64,000 nucleotides of DNA from Podarcis liolepis (GCA_965112155.1 OZ218098.1); one strand, 5' to 3'. Positions 11,712-25,984 are shown, numbered from the stretch's first letter. The notes: generated by a model from the letters alone, not told the origin. Made by a program: numbers and translations.

Positions 11712-14519
11712 GACACAAGGATTATAAAACCCATTTTGTGCAGGACTGCTAGTCTTTTACACATTTACCAAAAGCATAAACAGTTACATGCATTCTGAGA
11801 AATGAATATCAATTCACTGGGGCGGAGGGAGGAATCTAGGTAAATTCTGCGTTGAGATATTGGCATTCTGTATAACAATGGAAGGGTGTCATCACAAGCA
11901 TTTCTAAAGTACTGTTCGGAAACAAAAGGTCAATGTTAGCATATTGATGCTGGAAAGTCAAAGACGAGCTGTCTGTCAGTTTTCAAAGATCAAGCTGATA
12001 TGATCTAAGGATTCCCCCTCCCCCTTACTCTTTCAAATACATGGAAGCTATGATCCTAAGCATACATTATTTGGGACTTATTTATTCACTGGGAATTATC
12101 TGTATGCCAGACCCAATTCAAACATCCCTGTTGTGGTGTGTGCTGCCACCAGAAATGAAAGCTGTGATAAAATAGACTCCTAAAAGATGCAGAACTGGCA
12201 CGGGTACTTCACACATGATTCAGTGGACCAACCTAGAAGGGAAAATTATTTGAATAGTTTCACAATAGTGGCTGATTTTGGTGGACAGCAACAGTACAAA
12301 AAACACATTGCAATTAGTTACTTGAAGCACTCTGTAACACATTGAAGAAAAGAGAAGAAATATGAATGCGTCTCCACAGTTGCTCTTCACCTACTGTATA
12401 GTAATAATGTTCACGACTGGCAGCCAGCCTTATTTTTGAGCCCTCTAATGCACAGTTCAGGAACACCTTGGGGATGGGAAAGAAAAAGGTTGTCATTTCC
12501 ACCCTTCCTTCCTCTTAATCCTTTTCTATATCACATATGGTGTTTGCCATCTTTGCACCATCTGAAGCAGCCAGTTCCTTCCTATAAAGGCACTGTGGAG
12601 TCTTTAATATCCTGAAGCACTGATATCTGCTGGACCATTCTCAATTTTAAATCTAAAGAAACATAACATAAAGAAGCAAATGCAACTTTCCATTTAGCTG
12701 AATAGAACACTCTCCCTTTTCCAATTGTCTCTGAGACCCTAAACATCCAATTTACAAAATACCAATCAACATTTATAAGCAAGTATTATGAGTTTGGCTT
12801 TCCACAAAGCTCCAGATATTTCCTCTAACAACATAAGAAATGCCAAAGAACTCAAAGCTGACAGTTCATAAATAGACACCACGAGGAAGGGACCCTGTAG
12901 AATCAAACAACAGGTGTTTGGGGTTTGATTCCACAGATCATAAAAATAAGTAATGAGTCACAAAGCATTTTCCATTGGAAAAAGTAGTAGTAGACAAGAT
13001 GTAGTGAGGTGCTTGTGGTTTCTCTGGCCACTTTGTGCCTACTATGTCTCACACTATTGAAAACCGCTGCTTGGCAGAGTGTTCTGCTAAAACATGGATG
13101 GCTAATCTATGACCATCCTACACTGTTGAATTTCAACACAATGCCAATAAGTCAGGGATGTCCAGCAACATCTGGAGGGTTTATAATTTATTTGGTAGAG
13201 TGGTTATTATCTAAATCCTCATTGCTTTCTGCCACCTTCATCCCAATGCTAGACTTATTATTATTTATGAAATCTATACACTGTGCCTTCCTTCATCAAG
13301 AGACTACGGGGGGGGGTTACAATATAGAACACAACAACAACAACAACAACAACACACAGACACATCACTTTAAAAGGCTATGGATTGATTAACAGCCAAA
13401 TGGAGTAATGTTCCCATCATATTCAGCAACTAAAATCCAATTCCAACAGAATAACCCCAGCCTTTGGGGTTATGGGCAAGAAGAAAGCCCATTAACACTG
13501 GGAGAGGCTTTGAGAGTTGGCTTTGTGACTTAAGCAAACATGCTGTGGCCAAATCTGAAACCCGCAAATACATAATATATGCAAAGTAGTTCAATAGTAT
13601 AATATGCAAACATCATTTGCTTCAAAGTATTCATTCAGCGTTTTAATTTAAATCCACTCCTTGTGGCTATGGTCCGGTATGAATAGCTCAGCTGCCTTTG
13701 CGTTTCAAATCAAGTCATTTGTTATTATGATGATGGACTGTCCTAGGAGGCTTTTTGCCAGAAAATTGAGAGCAGCAACAGAGAAGCTAATGAGTAAAGC
13801 AATAAGGTACAGTTGGATCCCCTTCACTGGCATGTATCTCTCAGGAGGGAGCATCTTCTTGCTGAAAGTGACTGATGCCCACATTGGAATACAGCATATA
13901 TCAAGCTGCTATCATTTCACAAGTGTTCATATTTATTTCAGATGTTATTATCATCTTATCTGACAAAACAATCTTTCTAAGGTATTCAGAATTGCCAGCC
14001 TTCACTCAGTTAACATAAATTTCATATGAAGCTAAAACTGTTTATGAAAGTTCAGTAGTTCAATATTCCACTGTTATTGCTTTTCCTTCAAAATATTCTA
14101 AATGAATTAGCTCTGGAAAATGGGATTGACTGGCCATAATCACAGTGCATTTTTGTAAGCAAAAGTGCACATTTTTACCTAGCTCTCACATTTGGGTAAT
14201 TTACTATATTTGAATTGGTATAATAACTTTCCCCTACAATCATATATTTTCATTTTATTTTGTAACCATTGAAGTAGCGCTAAATGCAATTATAATAGAG
14301 GGCTGAGGAACAACAAAGTTTCTCCATTTCCTAATGCAGAAGAGTGGAATGAAAATCCTGCCTGACAATTTGAAGGCAGACCCTTCATACCAGAAAAGGC
14401 AATAATCCTAGACAAACCATTCCATTAGGCTTTGTCCCTTAGGGCTGCTTAACTCATTACAGTAGATGTGAGAAAAGTAGTCTGCACTGGCTTGTACCCA
14501 GTAAATTTACTACTGCTAT

Positions 14520-14698
14520 TTGCATTTATATCTCACCTCATTTTCCCAAGGATTTCGCAACTACCCTGTGAGGTTAGGTTTGAGGGAGAGGCTCTGGTGA
14601 CTCAAGGTGACCCAGTGAGCTTCATGGCTGAGTGGGGGATCTGAACCCTGGTCTCCCAGGTCCTAGTCTGGGGTTCTAGCCACCACACCACGCTGGCT
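14520..14698 (-). mobile_element. tRNA-derived CORE/MIR-like SINE (Squam3-like)
   Basis: Minus strand reads agccagcgtggtgtggtggctaga..gacctgggagaccagggttcagatcccc..gccatgaagctcactgggtcaccttgag (A/B-box-like head, CORE-like body, AT-rich tail). Confidence 0.85.
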
Positions 14699-15041
14699 AC
14701 AATGTGTGAGGTGGCTGTATGAAATTTCCATTGCATGTACATAATGGAAATACAGTACAAAAGGGGGGGAAAGTTCAGTGTAGAGCACATCATCATCATT
14801 TGCTGTATGCATGCTTTGTGATGTGTAATGATCACATTGTGGTCCCAGGTTCATCATACCAGTTGCAGATCTGAGGGGAAATTGGCCAGCAAAATTTTAA
14901 AAAATCAGGCAGTGGGATAAGAGGCACTTCAAGACTTGTAATACCTGACAAACTTTTGAGTTTGTGGGATTTTATGAACGGGCACATTTCTTTGTTTAAA
15001 CACACACACAATATATATATTCACCAAATGCACACACAAAC

Positions 15042-15460
15042 ACAATAGCACTGTCCCACTGTTGTTTCTCAGCAACTGGTATTCTATGCCTTTGAACAAG
15101 TAGATTCAATTCGGCCATCAAGGCTATCATGGGCTGCTATTTCCATTGTTGGAAGCAGCAAGCTTCTGAATACAAGTTGCTGAGCCATGCAAGTGGGTAG
15201 AGTTGCTGCTGCACTTATGGGCTTCCGATGGGCATGTGGTTGAGCAAAGTGAGAACAAAATGCTGGACTAGATGCTTATTTGGTCTGATCCGGCAGAACC
15301 CTTATTACGTTTTTATGTAAATTGTCAGTGATATGCCCAGCATCTATGAATTCCCCTTCAAAGCAATCTAAGCTAATAGTCTTCATCAGTTTGTATGAAA
15401 TAGAACTGCATAGATTAATTATCCATTGTGCAAAGAAGTACTTTATTCTGCCCCATGAAC
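15042..15460 (-). mobile_element. Old CR1 3' fragment (minus) interrupted by an oppositely oriented CR1 3' end
   Basis: 15042-15125 and the start of 15323-15460 align colinearly with the CR1 copy at 31490-31738. Confidence 0.6.
15126..15320 (+). mobile_element. CR1 LINE 3' end
   Basis: ..aaaatgctggactagatg..ttggtctgatcc..cttattacgtttttatg is the typical CR1 3' stem-loop plus tail; reverse complement of 31490-31690. Confidence 0.8.
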
Positions 15461-15725
15461 CCCTAGAGGAGGCTTGGATGATAGGAATGTCTGTTATATT
15501 TTAAACTTAATTGTGGGCTGTTCTTTCTAACGTAATGTACAGAGAGATGTGTCTACCATTCCATCGAATTACCTTCATCCGTCTATAAATATTCACCTAA
15601 CATTACTGCTCTCCACTATGTAACCAATTCATAATTGAATAAACTCTGCTCTAAAATGTGATTAAATGTTACTTATAAGAATCTGTCCCTTCCTGATGTA
15701 TCGTATTGGTTTATTACTTACATAC

Positions 15726-15789
15726 CTGCAGGCGAGCCGGCTGAAAACTAATACATAAATTCCATCTTGATTCATATTGCATGATGCGG
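15726..15789 (-). other. Candidate small exon of an unidentified host gene (64 nt, or 15-nt microexon 15726-15740)
   Basis: Minus strand: gtatttcttag|CCGCATCATG...gttttcag|CCGGCTCGCCTGCAG|gtatgtaagt; strong donor, two possible acceptors, open frame RIMQYESRWNLCISFQPARLQ, CpG-retaining surroundings. Confidence 0.35.
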
Positions 15790-16756
15790 CTAAGAAATAC
15801 AGTCCCAAATAATAAGAAAAGCATGGGTAGGTGACAGTGTACGACACTGTCAATATTTTAACTATATCTCCAAAATGTACATGAATAGGTGAATGAAATT
15901 GTTAGGCCGTGGAGGTAATAATACTCAGAAAAAAACAAGTTTACATCCTTACATTTATTGTTACATAACTAAACGCACAGTACCTGTCAGTAATAAAAAG
16001 CACCAAATTTATCAGGGACATTAAGACACAACTTTAAATCAACACATCTTCATAAAGCTTCTACAGCAAACTTTAAAAGGAAAAAATATGTAAATGCCTT
16101 TTAGGAAGGTACCGTATATTACTGTGTCATTCAGGTGCTACGTGGAGGGTTAATGTAGCGTTCTGACTTCTTATGGTTTCGCAACTTGGGCTCAGTCTGG
16201 AAACCATCTCCTAGCAGAAAACAATGCACCATTCTATCAGAATTAGGGTTGCCAGCATTGATGAAAGGCAAACTTTTGGAATCTGGGTGCAGCCTAAGTG
16301 AAGGGCCTGTGATTTAAGAATGGGTGAAAGGGCCAGGGCCAGTGATAAATGGATGGATTGTTGTTGTTGTTTTTTTAAAAAAACAGCAACATAGAAAAGC
16401 AACTTGGGGCTGGGTGATGAATGTTGATTAGGTAGGAGTGGGCAATGACATATGATGGGTTTCCAGAAGCTGCGGAGTGAGGGATGGAATGCAGAAGAAC
16501 TAGAGGCTGGGGAAGCAGTAAGTATTGAACATCCAGACACTAAGAATTATGTATTGGTAAAATTGAAAATGGGACAGGAACTGGAAAATATATTCTTTAC
16601 CTCTGTGTCGATCGCCTCCCCTCCACTTGTCAGACTACCTGCCTATCTCTCCTCCCCCTCTTTAACTGCCATAAACCACCACCTGATTTGCCAGTTCAGC
16701 TCTGAATTCACTGGAGGAACCATGGACCAGTTACTTACAATCCCTCTGTCTCAGTA

Positions 16757-16999
16757 CAGTGGAACCTCGGTTTTTGAACGTAATCCATTCCGGAAGACTG
16801 TTCGAGTTCCAAAATGTTTGAAAACTCAATATGGAGCCTCAAAACAAAAAAAATAATATGAAAAACTAAATACGGAAGCCGCCTTGGAAGTTTGACTTCC
16901 AAGGTGCATTCGAAAATGAAAACATTTACTTCCAGGTTTACAGTGTACGAGTTCCGAATCGTTCATCAACAGAGGCATTCAAAAACCTAGGTTCCACTG
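16757..16999. mobile_element. Tc1/mariner-pogo (Tigger-like) MITE
   Basis: TIRs cagtggaacctcggtttttgaa / ttcaaaaacctaggttccactg, TA on both flanks (16755-56, 17000-01). Confidence 0.92.
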
Positions 17000-19900
17000 T
17001 ATCTTTTTGAACTAAAAAAATGACCTATTTCATATTTGGATAAGAACAGATTTCAAATTGTGCTAGCTTGCTGTGTTAATTAGGAATAGGAGCAGCATCC
17101 CGCAGCGCCCACAAATTTAGTGGCTCTACATCTATGGCTGAAATTTGTCTTATTTGGAATCTAGACAGAATACATTTTCTTTGGTTATGTTGCTCATTTG
17201 CTACAATTAGGTTTAATGGAAGCTTTGCCGCACTCCCAGGACTGAAGACACAAAACAATAAAAGGGGTTAAAAGGTCATGGCTTTTTTTTTAACGAATAA
17301 GGAGGTACAAAAGTAGCATCTACACATAACTTTTCCACCCATGTGGGCATCCTGCAGACTTACAGAGAGAGCTGAAATAACCTCCTACTCTCTTCCTTAG
17401 CCAAGTGAGTCCACATGCTGAATCAGTCATTTAACGGATCTGCGAACAGTGTTTCAGTGGCTCACCTTACAGGTGAATAAAAGAGGCATCTGACTGCTAC
17501 ATCCCATCCTACCTGGACAGCTTTAGAAAAACTCCCTTCTCAAAGTGGGATGGCAATGAGAGATAGCTTGGGTAAGCAACCCTTCACTGTCAATATGCCT
17601 CAGAGTACTCACTACTGCAGCCTGTCTTAACATCCAAGCCAGCCCACACAAAGCTGTCAGTTCTGATCAGCAGTAAGTTGATACATCCACTTAGAGTGAG
17701 ACCAAAGTGCAAAACCATATTGCTGTACACTTTTGCAGTGTGGAGTAGTAAACACACACACAAACAAAATTGGTGAGAATCACCCTCCGACCCCAAAAAA
17801 CCCTACTCAACTGGCAAATGGACAACTTGTTAATCCACACTGCTGTATATTGAGGTTGCAGGGCCCAAAGAACCCAATAACTAGTTCTACTTGCCCAATG
17901 GAAATGTGTACTTAATGTCTGTTTCTCAAAGTGAAGAGATTTTCAAATCAATTTGAGATATGATATAACTGGCGTAAAGAGCTAGAAGCTTCAGAAAATA
18001 TAAAATGTGAGGCTTATCCACATGGATTTCCCCCCAATTCCCTTGATCTTGATAAAAAGTGAGTTTAGAAAATCCAGTTCTGCTAAAAATAGAAACAATT
18101 CTCATGTGTTATAAGCATTATTATATGTATAATGGTACATGTATGCATCAGGTTTCCTAAAGTAATCCGATAAATACAACAGTACATATAACTCTGTAAG
18201 AACTCACAGAGAATTATGCTGCAGAAATACAGTTACACATGAAGCTTGACCCTTTTCTGCATGTTACTTATATAGCACACATTTCAATTGCATATAAGTA
18301 GGTTTTTAAAAAGCAATTAACAAGTGGCTCAAACAATGCACAAATGATAAGTGGGTACTTGACGCAATAGTTGGTCTGAAGCAGGCAAAGATCACTCTGC
18401 TTGCATCTGCCAAAGACTGTGTATAAACTTTGAGGTGCCTTACTGGAAGTGATTCATAAATGAAATAAAAAACAATTCTCTTTAAAACAGATTCCTTTTC
18501 CATCCCTAGTGGAGTGGAGGAACAAATTTCTTCAAAGAAACAAAAATCAAATTTAGGATGTCCTTTGCTAGCCAAAGAAGCTGTTTGGATGTTTTATCTT
18601 CTCCTACCTACCCCACCCAACTATACTGCTACAGCTATATTTTGAAACCCTACTGAGTTTCACATGTGGCTCTTAATGCAGAGGGCAAAGGTTGCTATTA
18701 GGCAAACGAAGATAAGATCTGCTGAAGACAGATCCAATTGCGTGCCTAACTGCATTGCAGCTCAGGTCTCCATCATCTTATCACCTGCTCCAGCATAGGT
18801 GCGCTTGCTCTTAACGTTTCCAAATTACTTTCTCTCTTATCCTATGTTGTGGAAGTAATATGGACAAATTGGTTGAAAGCCTTCTCAAACTGATGGATTT
18901 TTGATCAGCTCAGCAGGCCATGGTATTTGCAGAAAGGTCAGTTTGCTGCAGCCATCAAGCCCACACACTGAATGCAAAAATCCGAGGCAGAGTGCCAGCC
19001 TTAGACATTAAGCAAAATATGGATTTTCTCAGGACTCCCAATTCCACACAAAACACTAATGACACACCTACATGAAATTAAAATGCAAGGGGGAAACCCT
19101 GTAACTATCTGTGGCCAATAATTCCAACCACATTCCCTATACTAGCAACCAAAAATAGCTAATAACTCAAGTCACAATCTTTTGGCTATCACCCTCCAGC
19201 AAAAGCTGAAAAATGTGGGAGCCAACTGAGCAGACGGCATCAGGAACTACGTTCATCTGCAACAAGGTATCAAAACGTAAGGGAAGTTGTCAGAATTATG
19301 TGCAATAGACAAATGCTTTGCCCTACTGCAGCAAGGGGCTGCTGTTCTTTGCCTGTGGCTAAAGACGAGCCTTAGTTTAGAGAGCCTCAAGGAGGAAACT
19401 TAGGAACAATTCACCCAGCCAGTTCACAGAGCCCCTCCATTTTCAGCTGATAAAACAGTCTTAAGAAAAGAGTCCCAAGTGGCACTAAAACAGCGGTTTT
19501 ATAATTATTTCAGCTTCAAGAATGGTTCTGTGAACAGTCAGTTAAGCATGTATTATTAGATTTCTTACCCATGCTTCACCACAAGGTCCCAGAGTGGGCT
19601 ACAACAAAATACGCAATTATAAAACAACTAAACCAGTTGCAACCAAAAAACAAGGGTAAAAACCATTCAAAACAGTTCCACATACTAAAAGAGTTAAGAA
19701 TAGCTCCAATAAAGATGCAGCCTGGAATAAGAAATTAACTATCTTAAAAACAAACACTAGGAACAAGAACTGGCTACTATACCAACTAAACCCTGGTTAG
19801 TTCTTGGTTACAGCTAATGGTCAGTGAGAAGATCACTTAACCACAAACCCTGGTTTGTATGACATAGTAAGTGAAATCTTGGTTTTGCACAACATGGTGC

Positions 19901-20181
19901 AACAAATAAAAGGACAGGGGAAGAGTGAAGTGGCTGCAAGCCCCTATCTGGCACCCGGCACATCTGTGCAGTCTTGCGAAGCAAATGCAAACCAGGCCAT
20001 TGTTTCATTTAGAAATAAGGTAACGTGCACATCTGGCAATCTCTTCTGTCTCTGAAACATTGGGCATGTTTTTATGCTTAACAGAAATCTGGACAAATAC
20101 TTTGCACTTTCTTCCCGGCTTCCACACTATGACTGTCACCCCACTGTAAAGCCAAAGTGCTTTTGATTCATTTTTATTCCA

Positions 20182-20457
20182 TGTTGTTGTTTAGTCGTTT
20201 AGTCGTGTCCGACTCTGGACCAGAGCACACCAAGCACTCCTGTCTTCCCCCGCCTCCCGCAGTTTGGTCAAACTCATGCTGGTAGCTTCGAGAACACTGT
20301 CCAACCATCTCGTCCTCTGTCGTCCCCTTCTCCTTGTGCCCTCAATCCTTCCCAACATCAGGGTCATGAGGTGGCCAAAGTATTGGAGCCTTAGCTTCAG
20401 GATCTGTCCTTCCAGTGAGCACTCAGGGCTAATTTCCTTTAGTATGGATAGAATTGA
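20182..20457 (-). mobile_element. BovB (RTE clade) LINE 3' fragment
   Basis: ORF SILKEISPECSLEGQILKLRLQYFGHLM..GRQRTRWLDSV..SRTRLND and (CAA)n tail; small internal deletions relative to the 59990 copy. Confidence 0.95.
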
Positions 20458-23400
20458 TTCAAAAGTCCCCCCTCCCCTGGTTTCAGTGAACACATTGAGA
20501 GGGATACAGAACTGCAACTTCTGGCCCCACCCTCAGCAGGTATGGCTCTTCCAGGTGTTCCTGGCCTCTACACATTTTCTTTCTAAAAGAGGACCTTACT
20601 TACATAGAATTGTATGAACGTAGGATCCTCCAGAATATTGGTGTGTGTGTCCAGTTCGGATTGCCTGTCACATGGGCAGCTGTACATGAAGGCAACTATA
20701 TACATGTTGGCTCCCCCTTCATATATTCCGTTGAATGTATGGTGGTAAGTGAAGACATAGCTGGCAAAGACATGCATTTGAGCCAGGGGGCCATAGACCT
20801 CCTTTCACTTCCACACATTCAGTAAAGTGAGCTTCGCTGCCTAAAACTAAGGTTAAGCCTACTAAATAGACTTAGAAGAAAGTCTCATATAAAGACTGTA
20901 CCCTTTATATTCTTAAACAGAAATATGATATATTCAGTGTCTGCATATTGCTCTATTTTGATAACAGATTGGTTTCCTACATTGTGAAACTTTCAGGAAT
21001 AATGAATTAGATTCCTAGTAATCCATGAGACTTCTAAATATAATAATTGGGGGGCGTGATATATATTTCATTTTCTTTAGCTTTCTTGTCTGAGAGTTTA
21101 AGGTTAATTGGGGTCATGTTTTCATGTTTCCCCACAGCCAGGAGGCTAGAACCCTATCTTTTAAATTAAATTGAGGACTTTTTTATATTCATATCATTTC
21201 AGGAGCTAGAGATGGGGTGGGGAAGAAAGAGACTATTCCTTATTGTGAGCCTGTTGATAAAATCATTGGTAAATTGTCTCATTTTGGACAGATATACTCT
21301 TCATTTTTATCAGTTTGTTCTTGATACAATGCATGTTTACATATATCTAAATCAAAATACACAAGTTACATTTCAGTTAAATTCACTAATTGCAAATGAA
21401 ATAAATGGCTAAACAGAGTGCAAAGTTCCTTTTAAAAATATGCCATTTTAACACTCAGGTTTTGTGCACGGACTAGTTAGGAAAAATAAAGCCTGGTTTC
21501 CCCCAACAATGACCCAAACTGACACAAACATAATTGTACTCAAGCTATGGAGATTCTCAGAAAATTAACCTGTGTTCTCAAATATAACTGCTTTCTGGAG
21601 AGGATAATTGCAATAGATGGGGACGTTTCTATTTTAAAGTATTCTTTGACCACTATTATTGGAAAGGCCACTGGAAAATTGGATACCATTCAAATAACAC
21701 TGCGGAACAGTGATGAACAAACTCTGCTACCACTTTTGCTGATGCACTGCAGGGAGCTGTATTCCTGAAGCGCTGTCCTACTCTCCTTCCAAAACCATTT
21801 GCTCTGGGGGCACCGTTACGACAGTGCTAAAGACATGTGCTTTACAATATGATGCAGAGTATTGCATCCTTACATTTATATCCATAATGTAATCCAATAT
21901 GGCATACATGTGGTTCTAAGGAACTCATCAGATCGAGAGCTGCTCAGTCTCAAGAAGGTGGGGACCTCATGCACCTGCAGGCCATATCCTGGTTGCATCA
22001 TACACCTTCGTTTCTTATTCCCCTTCTATGCCCTCTTCTCAAAAGCATTCCACAGCTGAAGTGCATTGCATCAAATGTTCAAAAACAGAACACCCCTCTT
22101 CCAAGTATTAGTCTTGTAATGCCAATGGGTGCTGCTGTTGTGATGAACTCAGGTTGCAGCAGGAGGTTTGTGGGGACCACTCTGCAGAGCTACATGTGTG
22201 TGAAGAATGGTGTGTATGTGCAGAACAGTCGGTGCAACTCCCATTCAATGAAGCTGTTGTCTGTGCATGCGCAATGCGGGACTGAAATGTCACCTCAGCT
22301 TATCCGAGGCTTATGTTTTCAAATCAGAAGCTGGCTTGAGGAAAAACACATCAAAGCAGTATTTTGCATGAAAATACAGGATACCCATGGATTGTAGTTA
22401 ACGTCGTGCATATGCAGCTTCATATACCAGCGGTGGGATTGCACTGGACCCGGAGTAAATGGTAATGTGCACATAGCCTCAGTGTCTGCATATCTCTAAC
22501 GCAGGCTGTTTCTGTCTGCCAAGATGAGCAAGATGAGCAAGCCAAAGGGCTATTTACAAGCAGCTGAATTTTTGGCAAATAGTTATTCAAGAGCAGTGAC
22601 CACTCACAAGGAAATGAAAATGACAGGGTGATGCTTCAAGCGCCCTGCTACAGCATGAGAAAACACAGATCATTTGAAAGTGCAGTGAACAATCACTTGC
22701 ATTGGATAGTGCTCACAGCATATGCACACACCCTACTTGCAATAAGCACACATGTACACATTTAATGAGGTGGTTTATGTGGAACGGCAGCCTTTTTAAT
22801 ATGTTTTCTCAAGCTGCTTGTACAAATAGAAATACTTGTTATTATAAAGGATTGAGGCTGCATCAAAATGCCCTTATTTGCAGGCCTCTCTTGAAATATA
22901 TGGTGGGATGGCAAACTGGGGGTGGGTATCATCCCTCTTTTAACCAGCAAGAAACCATAGTAGGTACAGGAAGCATTTCCCTCACTCCAATTAGGCTTCA
23001 TATATCATCACATAGGCGTATCTCAGCAAAAGCCAAATCTGAGTGAGGGCAGGAAACATGCTGCTTTTTGTAAAATAGCAGCAGCAACAATAAAATCAAT
23101 ATTTTTTGTCCAGCAGAGAATGCAACCCTGCTTCTGCCAGGACTATAAGCAAGTAGTGAAAATGGTTAACAAGGGTGGCAATTGTATGAAATCTTTCATA
23201 CAACATGAAAATCTTTCTTCCAAACCAAAAAGAAAAAGAAGAAAAAGAAAAAGCTTGCTAGCAAGCTTCTGTCTCAGCCCTTCAAAGAATTCGATAGTTC
23301 AAAACTGGTAAAATGTTCTGTTACCTTCCTTTCTCCTAGTACTTACATATTTTACACTGGAAGCCTTTTGAAATAATGGTGAAAGTAACTAGGGCATTGA

Positions 23401-25550
23401 AAAGAAAGGAGCATCCAGACCACGTTCACAAATTATTATTTTCCATGTTCTCCCCCAGAAACATTGAAAATTTGTTAAGTAGGACACCTTAAGTGGGCAC
23501 CATCTTCTTTATTCTCCCAAGGGTTGAGAAAATGTTCTGTATCTGTTTGCTCCATGACACTAAAGGGATTTCACAAGTTCCTACTTTTATTTTAATAAGC
23601 AAATCTTATGAGTAGAAATCTTATGAAGACAGAACTATTAAGTACTGGCTGGTTTCAATGTGGCTATTTCTGTAAAACGTGGACTCATTGCAATATGCTC
23701 TCAAAATTTGGTACAGGAATTTGTGGCCATAAGATTGCTACACTCACTCCATGCTGGGGCTAGGCAATTTTAGCCTCTGAACCTGATGGTCTTAGTTGGA
23801 ACACTCACCTCAGTGCTACGTATTCACAAGATCTCTGCTGGGATAAATTCATCCAACCCTAGTCAGCTTGGCACCTTCCCCTTCTACTTCCTTCCACCAG
23901 GGGATGCATTCCAAAATCCTTGGATGCATTGCAAAACAGAAATGTCACAGAGCACTGACAGCATCAGCCCCTGATAAAACTCTCACCTAGGTAAGAAGAT
24001 ACAATGGTAGTTTCTTGAATCATAACCTCCTCACAGTCTCTCAATGGCAAAACACCTCCATGGTTAATCTTGGTTATCAATTGCTTCTAAATTTAACCAT
24101 GGGTAGGATTCAACTGAGGGCCATCAGTAGAAGCTCTGCACAATCACTTACATAGCAAAAACAGAAATTGTCCTTCCAAGATGGCAAGATAATACAAATG
24201 AGCAATGTAGTTTGGTTGTCTGTATAGTCTCAACATTATCTGGTACAATCTGTCTTCAAACATTCTTCTGTATTAATGAGTTTCTGTGGATTAAGAAGCT
24301 CACATCTGTATACAGTTTGGAGCTGTTATATTACCTTTGTTCAAAAGTTAAATGTTTTAATGAGCTGAAAGTGACTACTTTAAAAAAACTGGAGTGAAAA
24401 AAGGTCAGGTAGCAACTACTAGCTCTGTAACTAGCAAAAGAAGTTCAAGTACATATTTGGCATTTTAGAGAACCTTCAGGCTTAGTTTGATGAGTTATTA
24501 AAATTATGGTTGGCCTATGGGGAGAATCACGATAATTGGTAGAGGTCATAGATAATCAAAAGTGTCTCTCCCAGTGGGATGAAACCTATTAAAATCAGAT
24601 ATTTAAATCTCTATACACTTAAGTATTCCAGTCATGTGCAAAATGACTTGTCCCAAATCTTAGTCTCCAAGGAAGAATGCAGACATTTTCCATTGTTCTT
24701 TATTTGGTGCTAATTAACATTTTCAAGAGGTTTAGAGATGGAATGTGCTTACTATACCCCAAAGAAATAATTCTTTATAGCTGCCAGATCCTTGCATTAT
24801 CTTGTTAGAAGAATTCACTTTCAATATTCTGAATGTTTAGATTACTTTAAATGACATCTTGAAAGCTAATAGCACACACACACAAAAGAATACAAAATAC
24901 AGCCTATTATTACTATTGTGAGAGGCTGATTTTGAGAATCTTGTTAATCAAATCAGGTTTTGTCAGTGTCTCAGAAAGCCCACTTTGAAACCAGAATGAC
25001 AAAGATTATGATTGCTGTTTTGTTACTAATATGAGTGTCATTTTCCCCCAATGTACTAGCCATGTTAAAATAGACTAAATTAAAATACTAAACCTTTCAA
25101 CACTGATTTATTTATTCATCATTTACATACTTGGATTCCTATCTCACTCCTTTTATTCTTAGGCCTGCATAAAAATGTAAGTTACATTTTTAAAATCAGT
25201 GTAATATAGAACATACTTAAAAACTTTATATGCAATCAACATATGATATCTTATGCCTTGGCTATAACAAAAGCCACAAGGAACAGAACAATCTTGGAAT
25301 ACTTTGGAAAGTGGTTCACACTCAGTGAGTTTTTAAAGAACTGGATTCCATAGTTATAATGCTACATGCTTTTCTATTACTCCATTATTTATACATTAAG
25401 ATTTGTCACATAGAAACTAACAGCTTTCTCAGGTTAAAGGCTCCATGGACAGTTGTGGAATTCCCATAAACATCTAGCTGACACATACTGGAAACCACAA
25501 AGGACTACATGGACATTTGCTCTGCTCAAGTGTGGCAGTTCTTATGTTCC

Positions 25551-25861
25551 TATGGGGTGCGGCGCTCATCTCGCTTCAGGCCAAGGGAGCCAGTGTTTGT
25601 CCACAGACAGCTTTCCAGGTCATGTGGCCAGCATGACTAAACGGCTTCTGGCACAACGGGACATAGTGATGAGTGCCAGAGTGCACGGAAACACCGTTTA
25701 CCTTCTCACTGCAGTGGTACCTATTTATCTACTTGCACTGGTATGCTTTCGAACTGCTAGGTTGGCAGAAGCTGGGACAGAGCAACAGGAGCTCACCCCG
25801 TTGCACAAATCTGAACCAATTGGCAAGCCCAAGAGGCTCAGTAGTTTGGACCACAGTGCCA
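25551..25861 (-). mobile_element. Sauria SINE (Squam1-type)
   Basis: Diagnostic gtcatgtggccagcatgactaa..gtttaccttc..gtggtacctatttatctacttgca..gctttcgaactgctaggttggcag..ggagctcacccc. Confidence 0.93.
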
Positions 25862-25984
25862 ACAGTTTTAATGTAACAATGCATATTGCAGACTGGCCTT
25901 TACAGAATGGATGAAGAAGGCACTCTTAGAATATCTAACAGATTTATGAGACATCCACTCTGAAAAACCAGTCCCTAACACTTC

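Noticed and set aside
23805-23840. Strong minus-strand donor GAG|gtgagt as an exon end
   Set aside because: Upstream acceptor is poor, two of three frames have stops, and there is no other support
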